A DNA stretch of 64,000 nucleotides from an uncultured Planctomycetaceae bacterium (GTDB lineage Bacteria; Planctomycetota; Planctomycetia; Pirellulales; PALSA-1355): assembly GCA_963785305.1 (NCBI GenBank), contig CAWAUV010000007.1, positions 2,112,001-2,176,000 on the forward strand. Reading direction: 5' to 3'. The notes beneath the pieces are model-generated. The model did no database searches and was not told where the DNA came from. It saw nothing but the letters and a program-made list of their open reading frames with translations. Both the position numbers and the translations under genes were made by a program. Position 1 is the stretch's first letter, and each line of letters opens with the position of its first letter. Positions 1-9,377 of the stretch are shown here, in pieces.

Positions 1-153
1 GCCACCTCGGGCAAAATTGCCGATGAGCTGAAGCGCGTCGAGAATCGAAGTTTTCCCGGCGCCGTTCTTGCCGATCATGATCGTAAGCGGCGCAATGGCC
101 ACGTCCGTATCGATGAGCGTGCGAAAACCGTGGATCTGAAGTTTTTCGAGCAT
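1..153 (-). CDS. N-terminal fragment of an ABC/AAA-type ATPase (AAA_15/AAA_21-like), runs off window edge
   Basis: Manual translation from ATG at 153: MLEKLQIHGFRTLIDTDVAIAPLTIMIGKNGAGKTSILDALQLIG; 'IxGFR' N-terminal motif and Walker A GKNGAGKT. Confidence 0.8.
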   Translation of the reverse strand, partial: MLEKLQIHGFRTLIDTDVAIAPLTIMIGKNGAGKTSILDALQLIGNFARGG

Positions 154-288
154 GGTTCATCGGCCCTGGCGAACGATTGCAATCGGCTCGGCGCATTCGC
201 TATTGTGGTTGATTCATGAATTCGCGGTCAAGCCACATGGCGTGCCGTGCGATCGCGACGCCTTCGCCGCGACATGGAGCATCCGCGC

Positions 289-2469
289 TCATCGCGGCGG
301 CAGCGCGGCGCGAGAAGCCGTTTCGGCTGCCGAGGCGGTCGGGGTGGGAGTGGCAGCGACCGGACGGCGACCCAGGTCGGCGGGAGCGTTGATGTAGTCT
401 TGGCCCACCGTATCCAGCGGCAGCGTTCCTGGGCCCACCGAGTGGCTTGCGTGGGGGCCATCGCCCAGGGCCGGGTCGGGCGATTCGCTCGGGAGCGGCG
501 GCGGTCGCCAATCGGGCGGCGTCGCTGGAGAGTTCAACGGAAAGACCGGTTCCGACGACCGAGCCTCCGCCGCTCGCTCGACCGGCGGCAGCGGCCAGAC
601 CGGTTCGCCGGCGCGGGGCGGAAGCGTGGCCAAATGCTCCAGCAGAATGCGCCGCACTTCGAGCACGCTCAGCGGGTGGCGTTGCACGAGGCTATGGTCG
701 GCGTTGACCGTGATCTCGGAATCGGCGCCCTCGAGATGCGCGCTCGCATAGGGCACCACGCCATCGCCGCCGCCATCGGGCGGCGGCGCTTTCCCCTTCT
801 CCGCCAAGACACCGATGATGCTGTGAACATGCAGGTCCTTGGCCCGCGGCGATTCGGCAAGCGCCGGAAAGATCGGGCAGCTTGGGCTCAAGGCGTCGAT
901 GCTCGTGTAAATGTCGATCAGGTTCGGGCTATGGAAATACGAGGGGTTGTCGCGATGCAACTGCTGGCCGCCCGCCACCAACAACTTCGGCAGCGTGATC
1001 AGCTTATTGCCCAGCCATGCGGCCACATTGTTGGCATAGTCGGTTCCTCGATGCGGAGTGCTGATGAAGATCATTCGCCGCACCGACGGGTTCGGATGGA
1101 AGAAGTAGGTATCGGCGAGCGTTTGTTTGATTTCGTCGGAGGCCCGCAGGCGGTCGAAAGGTTCCTTGCTGATCGCCCGCCAATAGGCGTCGCCGCTTTC
1201 GACGCCTTGCAGCTCGGAGACGAGCCCGCCCATGCTGTGACCCACGAGCACGATCTGGTCGAAGGCCGGTTCGGCATGTTTCGGATCGGCCACTTGTCGC
1301 ACCCGCGCCAAATCGGCCCGGAGCTGCGCCGCGCTATACCAGAAAGGTTGCCCGGTCGGGTAGAGATAGAACCAGAACTGGAAGCGATTGCGAATCTCGG
1401 GCGAACTGCGGAGATCGTTGAACATTTCCATCCACGTGATCGGGCTCGACCACACGCCGTGGACCATGATCACGGGAATCTTGCCCGGCTGGTAGGGCTC
1501 GAGCATATAGAGGCCCTGGGCCTTTTCGGTCGCGTCGGGATGCAGGAATCCGCTGTACGAGGTATCGAGGTTTCGCAGTTTGGGTTGATTGAGCGCATAG
1601 GCGAGCGGCGTGCTGAGGTCGGTTTCCAGCGGCACCCGGCGGCCTTCGAATTCGATGCCCGAGGCGTTCAGGGGGTCGTAGAGCTCGAGTAGCGCCACAT
1701 GATGATTCGGCTTGCCGTCTTGATGCGGCACGATGCGCAAAAACGCCGTGACGGCAAAACTGAGCCCCTCAGGGTAGTAGCGTTCGATCGGCAGCGCCAC
1801 GGACTGCTTCTTCCGCACTCCGATCAGGGGCACCCCCAGGCCAAACGTGTGGTAGTGGTTCTGCAAACCCGTGACTTCGTAGTCGGTGACGAACTCGAAT
1901 CGCTCGAAATCCTCGGGTCGCCACGATTTGCCGCGCGAAACCATCGCCACTTCGATGGTTTGGTTGGCCGTGTGCAGGGTTTGATTCATGCCCGGGGCAA
2001 TGCCCTTGCTTTGCGTGATGCGCAGGCAATGCTCGAGCGCGCGATTATAAAGATCGCAGGCGCCGCGGAACTCGGGATCGTAGGGATTCGCCACGCGATG
2101 AAAGCGGTCGTCGAACAGATACAAATACGCATGCGTCACCGCGGCGGCGTAGAGCTCGAGCCCACGCTGCGGATCGCTCTCCTCGCAGTGTTTCGCTCCA
2201 AGGTAAGCGATCTCGGCGAGGGAGTAGATCTTGTCGGGCGTCGGCTCTCGGCGAATCAACTCGCTTAATTGCACGAGCAGTTCCGAGACATCGCCGGGCC
2301 AGAGATCGGCCAGGGCATTGCGACGCAGAAGAAGCAAGGTGCGTTCCGAAGGCTGTGGCTCCTCGACATGACGAACTCCGAGCCAGGAGCCGCCGCGCGG
2401 CGAGCGCATCGCGATCCAACCCGGCGCGGCGCAGCCCGCGAGACAAGCAAGCGCCAGCGCCATGAGCAA
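289..2469 (-). CDS. Alpha/beta-hydrolase (esterase/lipase family), probable lipoprotein
   Basis: 726-aa ORF; lipobox-like LAGC, VHGVWSS oxyanion motif, GHSMGG nucleophile elbow, GDGVVPYASAHL and distal His. Confidence 0.85.
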   Translation of the reverse strand: MLMALALACLAGCAAPGWIAMRSPRGGSWLGVRHVEEPQPSERTLLLLRRNALADLWPGDVSELLVQLSELIRREPTPDKIYSLAEIAYLGAKHCEESDPQRGLELYAAAVTHAYLYLFDDRFHRVANPYDPEFRGACDLYNRALEHCLRITQSKGIAPGMNQTLHTANQTIEVAMVSRGKSWRPEDFERFEFVTDYEVTGLQNHYHTFGLGVPLIGVRKKQSVALPIERYYPEGLSFAVTAFLRIVPHQDGKPNHHVALLELYDPLNASGIEFEGRRVPLETDLSTPLAYALNQPKLRNLDTSYSGFLHPDATEKAQGLYMLEPYQPGKIPVIMVHGVWSSPITWMEMFNDLRSSPEIRNRFQFWFYLYPTGQPFWYSAAQLRADLARVRQVADPKHAEPAFDQIVLVGHSMGGLVSELQGVESGDAYWRAISKEPFDRLRASDEIKQTLADTYFFHPNPSVRRMIFISTPHRGTDYANNVAAWLGNKLITLPKLLVAGGQQLHRDNPSYFHSPNLIDIYTSIDALSPSCPIFPALAESPRAKDLHVHSIIGVLAEKGKAPPPDGGGDGVVPYASAHLEGADSEITVNADHSLVQRHPLSVLEVRRILLEHLATLPPRAGEPVWPLPPVERAAEARSSEPVFPLNSPATPPDWRPPPLPSESPDPALGDGPHASHSVGPGTLPLDTVGQDYINAPADLGRRPVAATPTPTASAAETASRAALPPR

Positions 2470-2906
2470 CGACGTTTGGCCGCCGCGAATGCGCCGAGCC
2501 GCGCGCGAGGCGCACCGTCGCCGACCCTGGCGCGCGCCGGTGAGGCGGCGCTGCCGGTCGGATGCTCGAGATTGCGAATCGGTGTCGGCAGGTTCACGTT
2601 GCGATCACAATGAGGGCGCGTGTCGCGCGCGACGGCGGATACGCGTTTGGGGAACTAGATCGCCGAGGTCTTGCGTCGGGGTGGCGCGGGCCGATACAAA
2701 AAGCCTAGCGCCCCGGCTGGAACAATAAGCGTCTCTTCGGGCGCCGGCAACGCCGGTTTGCGCGATTCCCGCCAGCGCCAGCGGGTCTGGCGCTGGCGCG
2801 GGTTGTTTCGAGTGGCGCCGCCAAACGAACTGCTATCGCCGGCATTGCTAGCCCGAAACTCGCGGCGCGTCGAACCAGCAACGCTCATGTCTCGTGGGGT
2901 GAATTC

Positions 2907-4053
2907 GTGACTCGCGGCGACGATACTCCCGAACCACGGCTGGCGATTCATGGCGGCGAGCCGATGTTTCCCCACGGCCCACCCGTCTGGCCGCGGCCCG
3001 AACCATCGATCCATGCGGCGCTCGAACAGGCGTGGCTCGACGGGGCTTGGGGCCGCTATCAGAGCGACTACGGCGAGCGCTTGACTGCGCGCTCGCCGAA
3101 CGACATCAGGTCCCCCACGCAATCGCTTGCTGCTCGGGAACATTCGCGGTCGAACTGGCCCTGCGCGGGCTGGGAATCAGAGCGGGCGACGAAGTGGCGC
3201 TGGCCGGATACGATTTTCCCGGCAACTTCCGTGCGATCGAAGCCACGGGCGCCACGCCCGTGCTATTCGACCTGGCGGCCCACGACTGGACACCCGACCT
3301 CGAGCAAATCGGCGAAGCCCTGCGATCGGGCGCCAAGGCGATTCTCGTGTCGCATCTGCATGGCTCGCTCGTCGACATGCCGCGACTGCGCGAACTGGCC
3401 GATGCGCACGGCGCCGCGATCATCGAAGACGCATGTCAGGCGCCGGGAGCGATTGTGGCGGGCCGGCCAGCCGGCGCATGGGGCGATGTGGGCGTGCTCA
3501 GCTTTGGAGGCAGCAAACTCGTGACTGCCGGCCGCGGCGGGGCGATTCTCACTCGCGATCCCGTCGTCCACCAGCGGGCCAAGGTCTTTGTCGAGCGAGG
3601 CAATCACGCGTTTCCACTTCCCGAGCTTGCGGCGGCCTTGCTTTTGCCGCAGTGGGAAGCGCTCGAGGCAAATAACCAACGGCGGCGACAATCGGTCGCC
3701 CTCGTGCGCGAGGCGCTGCGGGATGTGATGGCGCTGCGTTCGCGCCCGACCCATCGCCGTCGCTGGCCAGTTTCTACAAACTCGGCTGCTTTTACGAACC
3801 AACTCCGGACCGCCAATTCGACGTCGATGGCTTTACGCTGGCCGCGCGAGCCGAAGGCGTGGCGCTCGACCGGGGATTTCGCGGTTTTTGGCGCCGCGGC
3901 CGTGGCCGCTGCCGACGTGTTGGCGATTTGCCCCACAGCCGACGCGCCGCCGAGCAAACGCTCGTGCTCCATCATCCCGCCTTGCTCGAATCGCCCGACT
4001 ATGTGCGCCAGGTGGCGATGGCAATTCGCAAGGTGGCGCGTTGGCTCGGCTGA
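2907..4053 (+). CDS. DegT/DnrJ/EryC1/StrS-family PLP-dependent aminotransferase (frameshifts near 3085 and 3750)
   Basis: LAIHGGEP N-terminus (ORF 2907), SGTFAVELAL / IIEDACQAPG / SFGGSKLVTAGRGG (ORF 3032), C-terminal LHHPALL (ORF 3859-4053). Confidence 0.85.
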
Positions 4054-4071
4054 TATCGCGATGGCTCGCGA

Positions 4072-4422
4072 TCAGCGCGGCTTTACCGCCAAGGACGCGA
4101 GCGACAGCGAACCGCCGAGCACCACGGGGGCTCGCTCGGGCGCGAGACGCGTCAGGTTCGTTGGGCCGGCGTCGGCGATGGTTTTCTGGTTGGCGTCGCG
4201 AGCCGTGGCGTCGGGTGTCGAACTGCCGGAGTTCATGGTGGGCGAGGCGACGTCTCGTGACGGGTCGGCGGGAAACAGTTCCAGCTCGCCGCGCACGATC
4301 CGCACTTGGGGCGGCGCTTCGATACCGAACGTCACGCGTTGCCCAGCCACGCGCTTCACGACCACGACGATTCCATCGCCGATGATCACCCGTTCGCCGA
4401 CTTTTCTACTTAGAACTAGCAT
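4072..4422 (-). CDS. csrA: Carbon storage regulator CsrA-family RNA-binding protein with C-terminal extension
   Basis: MLVLSRKVGERVIIGDGIVVVV...FGIEAPPQVRIVRGEL matches the CsrA signature. Confidence 0.9.
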   Translation of the reverse strand: MLVLSRKVGERVIIGDGIVVVVKRVAGQRVTFGIEAPPQVRIVRGELELFPADPSRDVASPTMNSGSSTPDATARDANQKTIADAGPTNLTRLAPERAPVVLGGSLSLASLAVKPR

Positions 4423-5149
4423 CCTAGCGATCTCCCTGCGTCTTCAGTTCCCGAGGAAATTTGCGGTATGCGTCACACTGCGGAAGATGCAACATGCAAA
4501 GCCGGCGCCGAACAAATTGGACTTGAGAAATTCGCCCAGGGAAGCTGAAAAACGCGAATTTTCACGATCCAAACCACAATCCATCGGCCCTATGCCTCAA
4601 AACCGCCGCGACGATCGCGATTGTTTTTCTGTCTCATTTTAAGACACGCGCCTTGTTTCGAGACATTACAGCCGCTTGTTCCGGGACCGAAATTCGCCTC
4701 CGCCCCCAATGAAAACATAGTTCATGCGCCGATCGCAGTTTGCCGCAACCGCGCGAAAGAGCCGCCGCGCCAGCCGGGCTAAGCCGAATGAGCATGCGGC
4801 GCGACGAGCGATCGAAGGTTCAGACAATGCTCATTCCGTGCCTTTCAGCGCGTTTCCACGGCCCAACTCTGTTCGCCCACGTCGGAATCGACTTGCCCGC
4901 CGATCCTTGCGGCGTTGCGTGCATACAGCAACCGTTGTTCAAAACGTAAAGCGGAGCGTGTCGGCGACAATTTCGCCCCTAATTCGCTAAGAATTTTCGC
5001 GGCGGCGTTGAACTCCAGCTCCGCGGCCCTCCCAACGCCCCGCCTCGGGATTTAGAATGCCCGAACTGTCGGATCGTGCCATGCTTGACGCCCCACTGGG
5101 GAATGCGTCGTGGCGATCGCTCTCCTCGTGTCGAAAGGCCCTTGCCGCC

Positions 5150-6340
5150 ATGTCGCGACTCAGCCCGCCCTCCGATTCATCAACGCTCGCGTCACGACCG
5201 GCAAAACCGGAGCTGGTCGATGTCGCGGCCTGTCGCGCTCGCCAGCGCCGACTGTTGGACGTGATGCGCGACCAGCGGCTCGACCTCGCGATCGTCGGGC
5301 GGATCGAACATGTGCAGTATCTCGTCGGCCCTCGCTATCCGGCGACCTATTCGCCGCTAACGCTGCTCACGAGCGAAGGCGAGGCGGCGCTGGTGGCGCC
5401 AAATCAGCCGCCCGAGCGCTCGGCCGCCGACACGATCGTCACTTACGAAGCCCAGTGGCTATGCACGCTGCGCAACGACCAAGCCCTCGCGGCGGCCGAA
5501 GCGCTCGCTAGCGCGAAGAGCGGCGCAGGCGCGCCGGGCGGACGCTCGCTCTTGGAAGGAGCGCGGCGCGTGGGGGTCGAGTTTTCAACCTGCTCGCCCG
5601 CCGTCGTGGCCCGGCTCGGCGCGGGCGTCGAGCTTGTCGATATCGAGCCCTCGCTCTATCGCATGCGTCGCAAGAAAGACCCCGATGAACTGGCCAAGCT
5701 CAAAGTGGCTATCGCCGGGACTGCCGCCATGCACGCTCGGGCACGCGAGATCATTGCTCCAGGCGTCAACGAGTTAATCGTCTTCAGCGAGTTGCAAGCC
5801 GCGGCAGTGCGAACCTATGGCGAAATGCTCACCGGCACGGGCAACGACTACGCCTGCGGGGCGCCGGGCGGACCGCCCCGCGATCGGAAAATCGAAGCGG
5901 GCGAGCTCTATATTTTGGACCTGGGCCCTGCCTTTCAAGGCTATTTCGCCGACAACACGCGAGTGTTCGCCGTCGATGGCCGCCCCTCGGCGGCGCAGCA
6001 GCATGCTTGGCGGAGCATATTGCCGGTGTTCGAGCTCGTCGAAAACTTCGTGCGGCCTGGAGCGAGCTGCCGCGAGCTGTTCTTCGAGGCCAAGGCCCTA
6101 CTCGACAAAAGCGGCGCCGGGAAATTCGAGCACCATCTGGGCCACGGTATCGGCCTCTATCCGCACGAAGCCCCGCACCTCAACTCCCAGTGGGACGATA
6201 CCTTTCAGGTCGGCGAAGTATTCGCCGTCGAACCGGGGCTCTACGCGCCGGAACTTCGGGCGGGCATCCGCTTGGAAAACAACTACCTGGTGACCGACAA
6301 GGGCGTGGAACTACTGACGCCGTTTCCAATGGAACTTTGA
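5150..6340 (+). CDS. Xaa-Pro peptidase, M24 family
   Basis: RRKKDPDE, ILDLG..FQGYFADNTR, HHLGHGIGLYPHEAP, VEPGLY, GIRLENNYLVT metal-binding motifs; start chosen from GAAAGG upstream. Confidence 0.9.
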   Translation: MSRLSPPSDSSTLASRPAKPELVDVAACRARQRRLLDVMRDQRLDLAIVGRIEHVQYLVGPRYPATYSPLTLLTSEGEAALVAPNQPPERSAADTIVTYEAQWLCTLRNDQALAAAEALASAKSGAGAPGGRSLLEGARRVGVEFSTCSPAVVARLGAGVELVDIEPSLYRMRRKKDPDELAKLKVAIAGTAAMHARAREIIAPGVNELIVFSELQAAAVRTYGEMLTGTGNDYACGAPGGPPRDRKIEAGELYILDLGPAFQGYFADNTRVFAVDGRPSAAQQHAWRSILPVFELVENFVRPGASCRELFFEAKALLDKSGAGKFEHHLGHGIGLYPHEAPHLNSQWDDTFQVGEVFAVEPGLYAPELRAGIRLENNYLVTDKGVELLTPFPMEL

Positions 6341-6378
6341 ATTTCGGTCGCATAAGCAACCAAGGGAGCGCCAACCCG

Positions 6379-8484
6379 ATGGCCAACCGGCGTCGATCGA
6401 TTGTCCGACCAACTTGGGGCATGCGGCCCTTGATATTCAGCGCCTTAATGCTAACCCTCGCGCTCGTGACTGGGCTTGCGATGGCGGCGCCCGCCGAGCG
6501 GTCGCGCGTGGTTGCCCAGGGATTGAATCATCCCTGGAGTGTGTGCCTGGGTTTCAAAGACCGGCTCTTCGCGACCGAGATCGGGGCTCGGCTGGGCGAC
6601 GACTCCGATGGGCGAGTGGTGGTGATCGACGATGGCCGTCCGGTCGCGTTTGCCACCGGACTTCGCGACCCGCGCGGCATGGTCTACTATCGCGACACGC
6701 TGTTCGTGGTCGATGGGCGAAAGATCGTCAAGATCGACGAGGCCGGCCATGCGACCGATTACATGGTCGAGGCCAACTTTCCCTCGCCGCCGCAATCGCT
6801 TCGCGATATCGCCGTTGATCGCCGCAATGGCATTTTTCTGCTGAGCGACCACGGTGACGCGAGCCACGCGAAAACGGCGATTTATCGTGTTGATATCCGA
6901 CTAAACACGATCGAATCGCTTCTCGACGAGCCGACGGCCGCAATGCCGAACAGCGAGATCGGAATTCCGCGCGGCTTGAACTTCGAGTGCGACACGTTCG
7001 CGGCGCTGGCCCGGGGCGGCAAAGATGGCTTGCTCCACATTCGTTTGGCCGATCATGCGACCGTGCCATTTGCCCCGGGCATCGAAGAGCCGGAGTCGAT
7101 GGTCTGGGACCACGAGGGGCGTCTTTTTGTCACCCGCGGCAAGAGCGGCGCCGTGGTGGCGATTCCGCGGCCCGGCGAGCGGCCGGTGAAAGTCGCCGGC
7201 GGTTTGAGCTATGCCGCCGGCGCGTGTCTCGATGTGCCCGGCAAGAAACTCAACGTGGTCGACGCCAAGGCCGGCAAGATCGTGGCCGTTTCCACCACCA
7301 TCCCCGGCTGGGAGGTCGATGATTCTCCGCTTCCCATCGAGCCGAAGCCCGCCTTCACCCAGCTCGAATGGACCGGCTGGGATAGCGGGGCCGAGAGCGG
7401 CAAAGTTTCGCCGTTACGGCCGATTGTGTTGACCGCCGCGGGCGACAAGTCGAATCGGCTGTTCGTGGCGACCCAGCAAGGCGTCGTCCATGTGTTCGAC
7501 AATAGCGACTCCGCGGCGAAGACCCAAGTCGTGCTCGATATCTCCGACCGCGTGCGTTACAGCGATATGGAAAACGAAGAGGGGTTGCTCGGCCTGGCCT
7601 TGCATCCCAAGTTCGCGAGCAATGGCGAATTCTTTGTTTTCTACACCACTTCCAAGGCTCCGCTCACGAATATCGTGTCGCGATTTCGCATGCGAGCCGG
7701 CAGCCCGGGCACGGCCGACCCGGCCTCGGAAGAGCAACTTCTACGCATCGAGAAGCCCTATTGGAACCACGATGGCGGCTCCCTTGTGTTTGGACCCGAC
7801 GGGTATCTTTACATTTCACATGGCGATGGCGGGCTGGCCAACGATCCTCGCGAAAACGGACAAAACCTGGCCACGCTGCTCGGCAAAGTCCTGCGCATCG
7901 ATGTCGACAAGCGCTCCGCCGACAAGCCCTATGCGATTCCTTCCGACAATCCGTTCGTGAAACAGCCGAACGCCGCTCCGGAAGTTTGGGCCTATGGCCT
8001 GCGCAATGTGTGGCGCATGGCGTTTGATCGCCAGACCGGCGCGCTCTGGGCCGGCGACGTGGGGCAAAACCTGTTCGAGGAAATCGATATCCTCACCGCT
8101 GGGGGCAACTATGGCTGGAGCCTCCGCGAGTCGCTCCATCCGTTTGGCGCCAAAGGCGTCGATGCGCGGCCCGACCTGATCGACCCCATCTGGGAATACG
8201 ACCACGACCTCGGCAAGTCGATCACCGGCGGCTTGGTCTATCGTGGCAAGCGTTTGCCGGGGCTCACCGGCGCATATATCTACGCCGACTATGTGACCGC
8301 CCGGCTCTGGGCCCTGCGCTATGACCCGAAAGAGCGGCGCGTCGTGGCGAACCACCCGCTGAAGAATCCGGGCTTGGCCATTATGTCGTTTGGCGAAGAC
8401 GCCGATGGCGAAATCTACCTGCTCTCGGCCGCGCTCGATGGCCGCGGCATACACCGGCTGGACGTGTCCACCGAAGCAAAGTGA
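6379..8484 (+). CDS. Secreted PQQ-dependent glucose/sorbosone dehydrogenase family protein with extra N-terminal beta-propeller
   Basis: Signal peptide; EEGLLGLALHPKF, NHDGGSLVFGPDGYLY..GDGG, LGKVLRIDVD, AYGLRNVWR, SITGG motifs; GGAG SD before 6379. Confidence 0.88.
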   Translation: MANRRRSIVRPTWGMRPLIFSALMLTLALVTGLAMAAPAERSRVVAQGLNHPWSVCLGFKDRLFATEIGARLGDDSDGRVVVIDDGRPVAFATGLRDPRGMVYYRDTLFVVDGRKIVKIDEAGHATDYMVEANFPSPPQSLRDIAVDRRNGIFLLSDHGDASHAKTAIYRVDIRLNTIESLLDEPTAAMPNSEIGIPRGLNFECDTFAALARGGKDGLLHIRLADHATVPFAPGIEEPESMVWDHEGRLFVTRGKSGAVVAIPRPGERPVKVAGGLSYAAGACLDVPGKKLNVVDAKAGKIVAVSTTIPGWEVDDSPLPIEPKPAFTQLEWTGWDSGAESGKVSPLRPIVLTAAGDKSNRLFVATQQGVVHVFDNSDSAAKTQVVLDISDRVRYSDMENEEGLLGLALHPKFASNGEFFVFYTTSKAPLTNIVSRFRMRAGSPGTADPASEEQLLRIEKPYWNHDGGSLVFGPDGYLYISHGDGGLANDPRENGQNLATLLGKVLRIDVDKRSADKPYAIPSDNPFVKQPNAAPEVWAYGLRNVWRMAFDRQTGALWAGDVGQNLFEEIDILTAGGNYGWSLRESLHPFGAKGVDARPDLIDPIWEYDHDLGKSITGGLVYRGKRLPGLTGAYIYADYVTARLWALRYDPKERRVVANHPLKNPGLAIMSFGEDADGEIYLLSAALDGRGIHRLDVSTEAK

Positions 8485-8670
8485 AATAAAATGAATCAAA
8501 TCGCCGCGAGCGCATTGCGCAATGCAACAATTTTTCCGGGCGCACACATTTGACCGAATGCAGCGGCTAGTCAAAATATTATAGAGCGGCGGCGACCTTC
8601 GGATCGAATAAACACGTAATGAAATTAGGCCGCTCCAGAGTTCCACGGCCTACTTCGAGCGGTCGCAAGG

Positions 8671-9234
8671 ATGCGAGGCATTTGCCGTCATGAACGGCTG
8701 TCGTGGGGAAGGCGGCTGCCTAACCGGAACGGGCAGCAGCGCCGTGGCGACAAGCGAGAGGCGCCAATCGTGTCGAACTTGCAATGTTTTCAAATTGATT
8801 TCCACGCGCCGCCGGCCACGGTGGGGGCCGACCAAGGCGCAACCGCGGGGCCGCCTGCCGCGGCGCGGCCCGTTTCGATCCTGTTGATCGACGCTCCGCG
8901 CGAGACGCCGAGCGAGCTGATCGAAATTCTCGAACAGGCCGGCTATGCATGTATTTCGGCCGGCGGTCTGGAAGAGGCTCGCCGGTGCGTGCGGATCGAT
9001 CGGCCCACGATGGTGATCGCCGACCTGAACCTCAGCGGCGCGAGCGGCGTGGCGCTTTGTGAGAGCCTGCTTCGCGAGGAAGAACTACAGGCGCCGGTCG
9101 TTTATCTCTCGGGCACGCAGATTCCGCACATCATTCGCCGCAGCCACGCCGGCGGCTGCGCCTATCACCTGCGGAAGCCGTTCGACCCCGAAGTGCTGCT
9201 GGCGCTCGCCCGAATCGTGCATGCGCCGGTCTAG
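8671..9234 (+). CDS. Single-domain response regulator (receiver); true start may be downstream near 8770
   Basis: ILLID...MVIADLNLSGASG...VVYLSG...LRKPFDP receiver motifs. Confidence 0.8.
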   Translation: MRGICRHERLSWGRRLPNRNGQQRRGDKREAPIVSNLQCFQIDFHAPPATVGADQGATAGPPAAARPVSILLIDAPRETPSELIEILEQAGYACISAGGLEEARRCVRIDRPTMVIADLNLSGASGVALCESLLREEELQAPVVYLSGTQIPHIIRRSHAGGCAYHLRKPFDPEVLLALARIVHAPV

Positions 9235-9377
9235 CGCTCCGTCCCTTGAACCGGCAGCTAGGACCACCCTCTCTCCCTTCGGGAAACGGGTGAGCGCCGC
9301 ATCGCCTTGGCCCGCTCGTTACAATGCTTGAGCGTTGTTCCTTCGAGCAAATCAGTCAGGGCGAAAGGCGCGTGGGC

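Noticed and set aside
9265..9296. Degenerate REP-like sequence CCCTCTCTCCCTTCGGGAAACGGGTGAG
   Set aside because: Only loosely similar to the palindrome at 24069-24102; too weak to call
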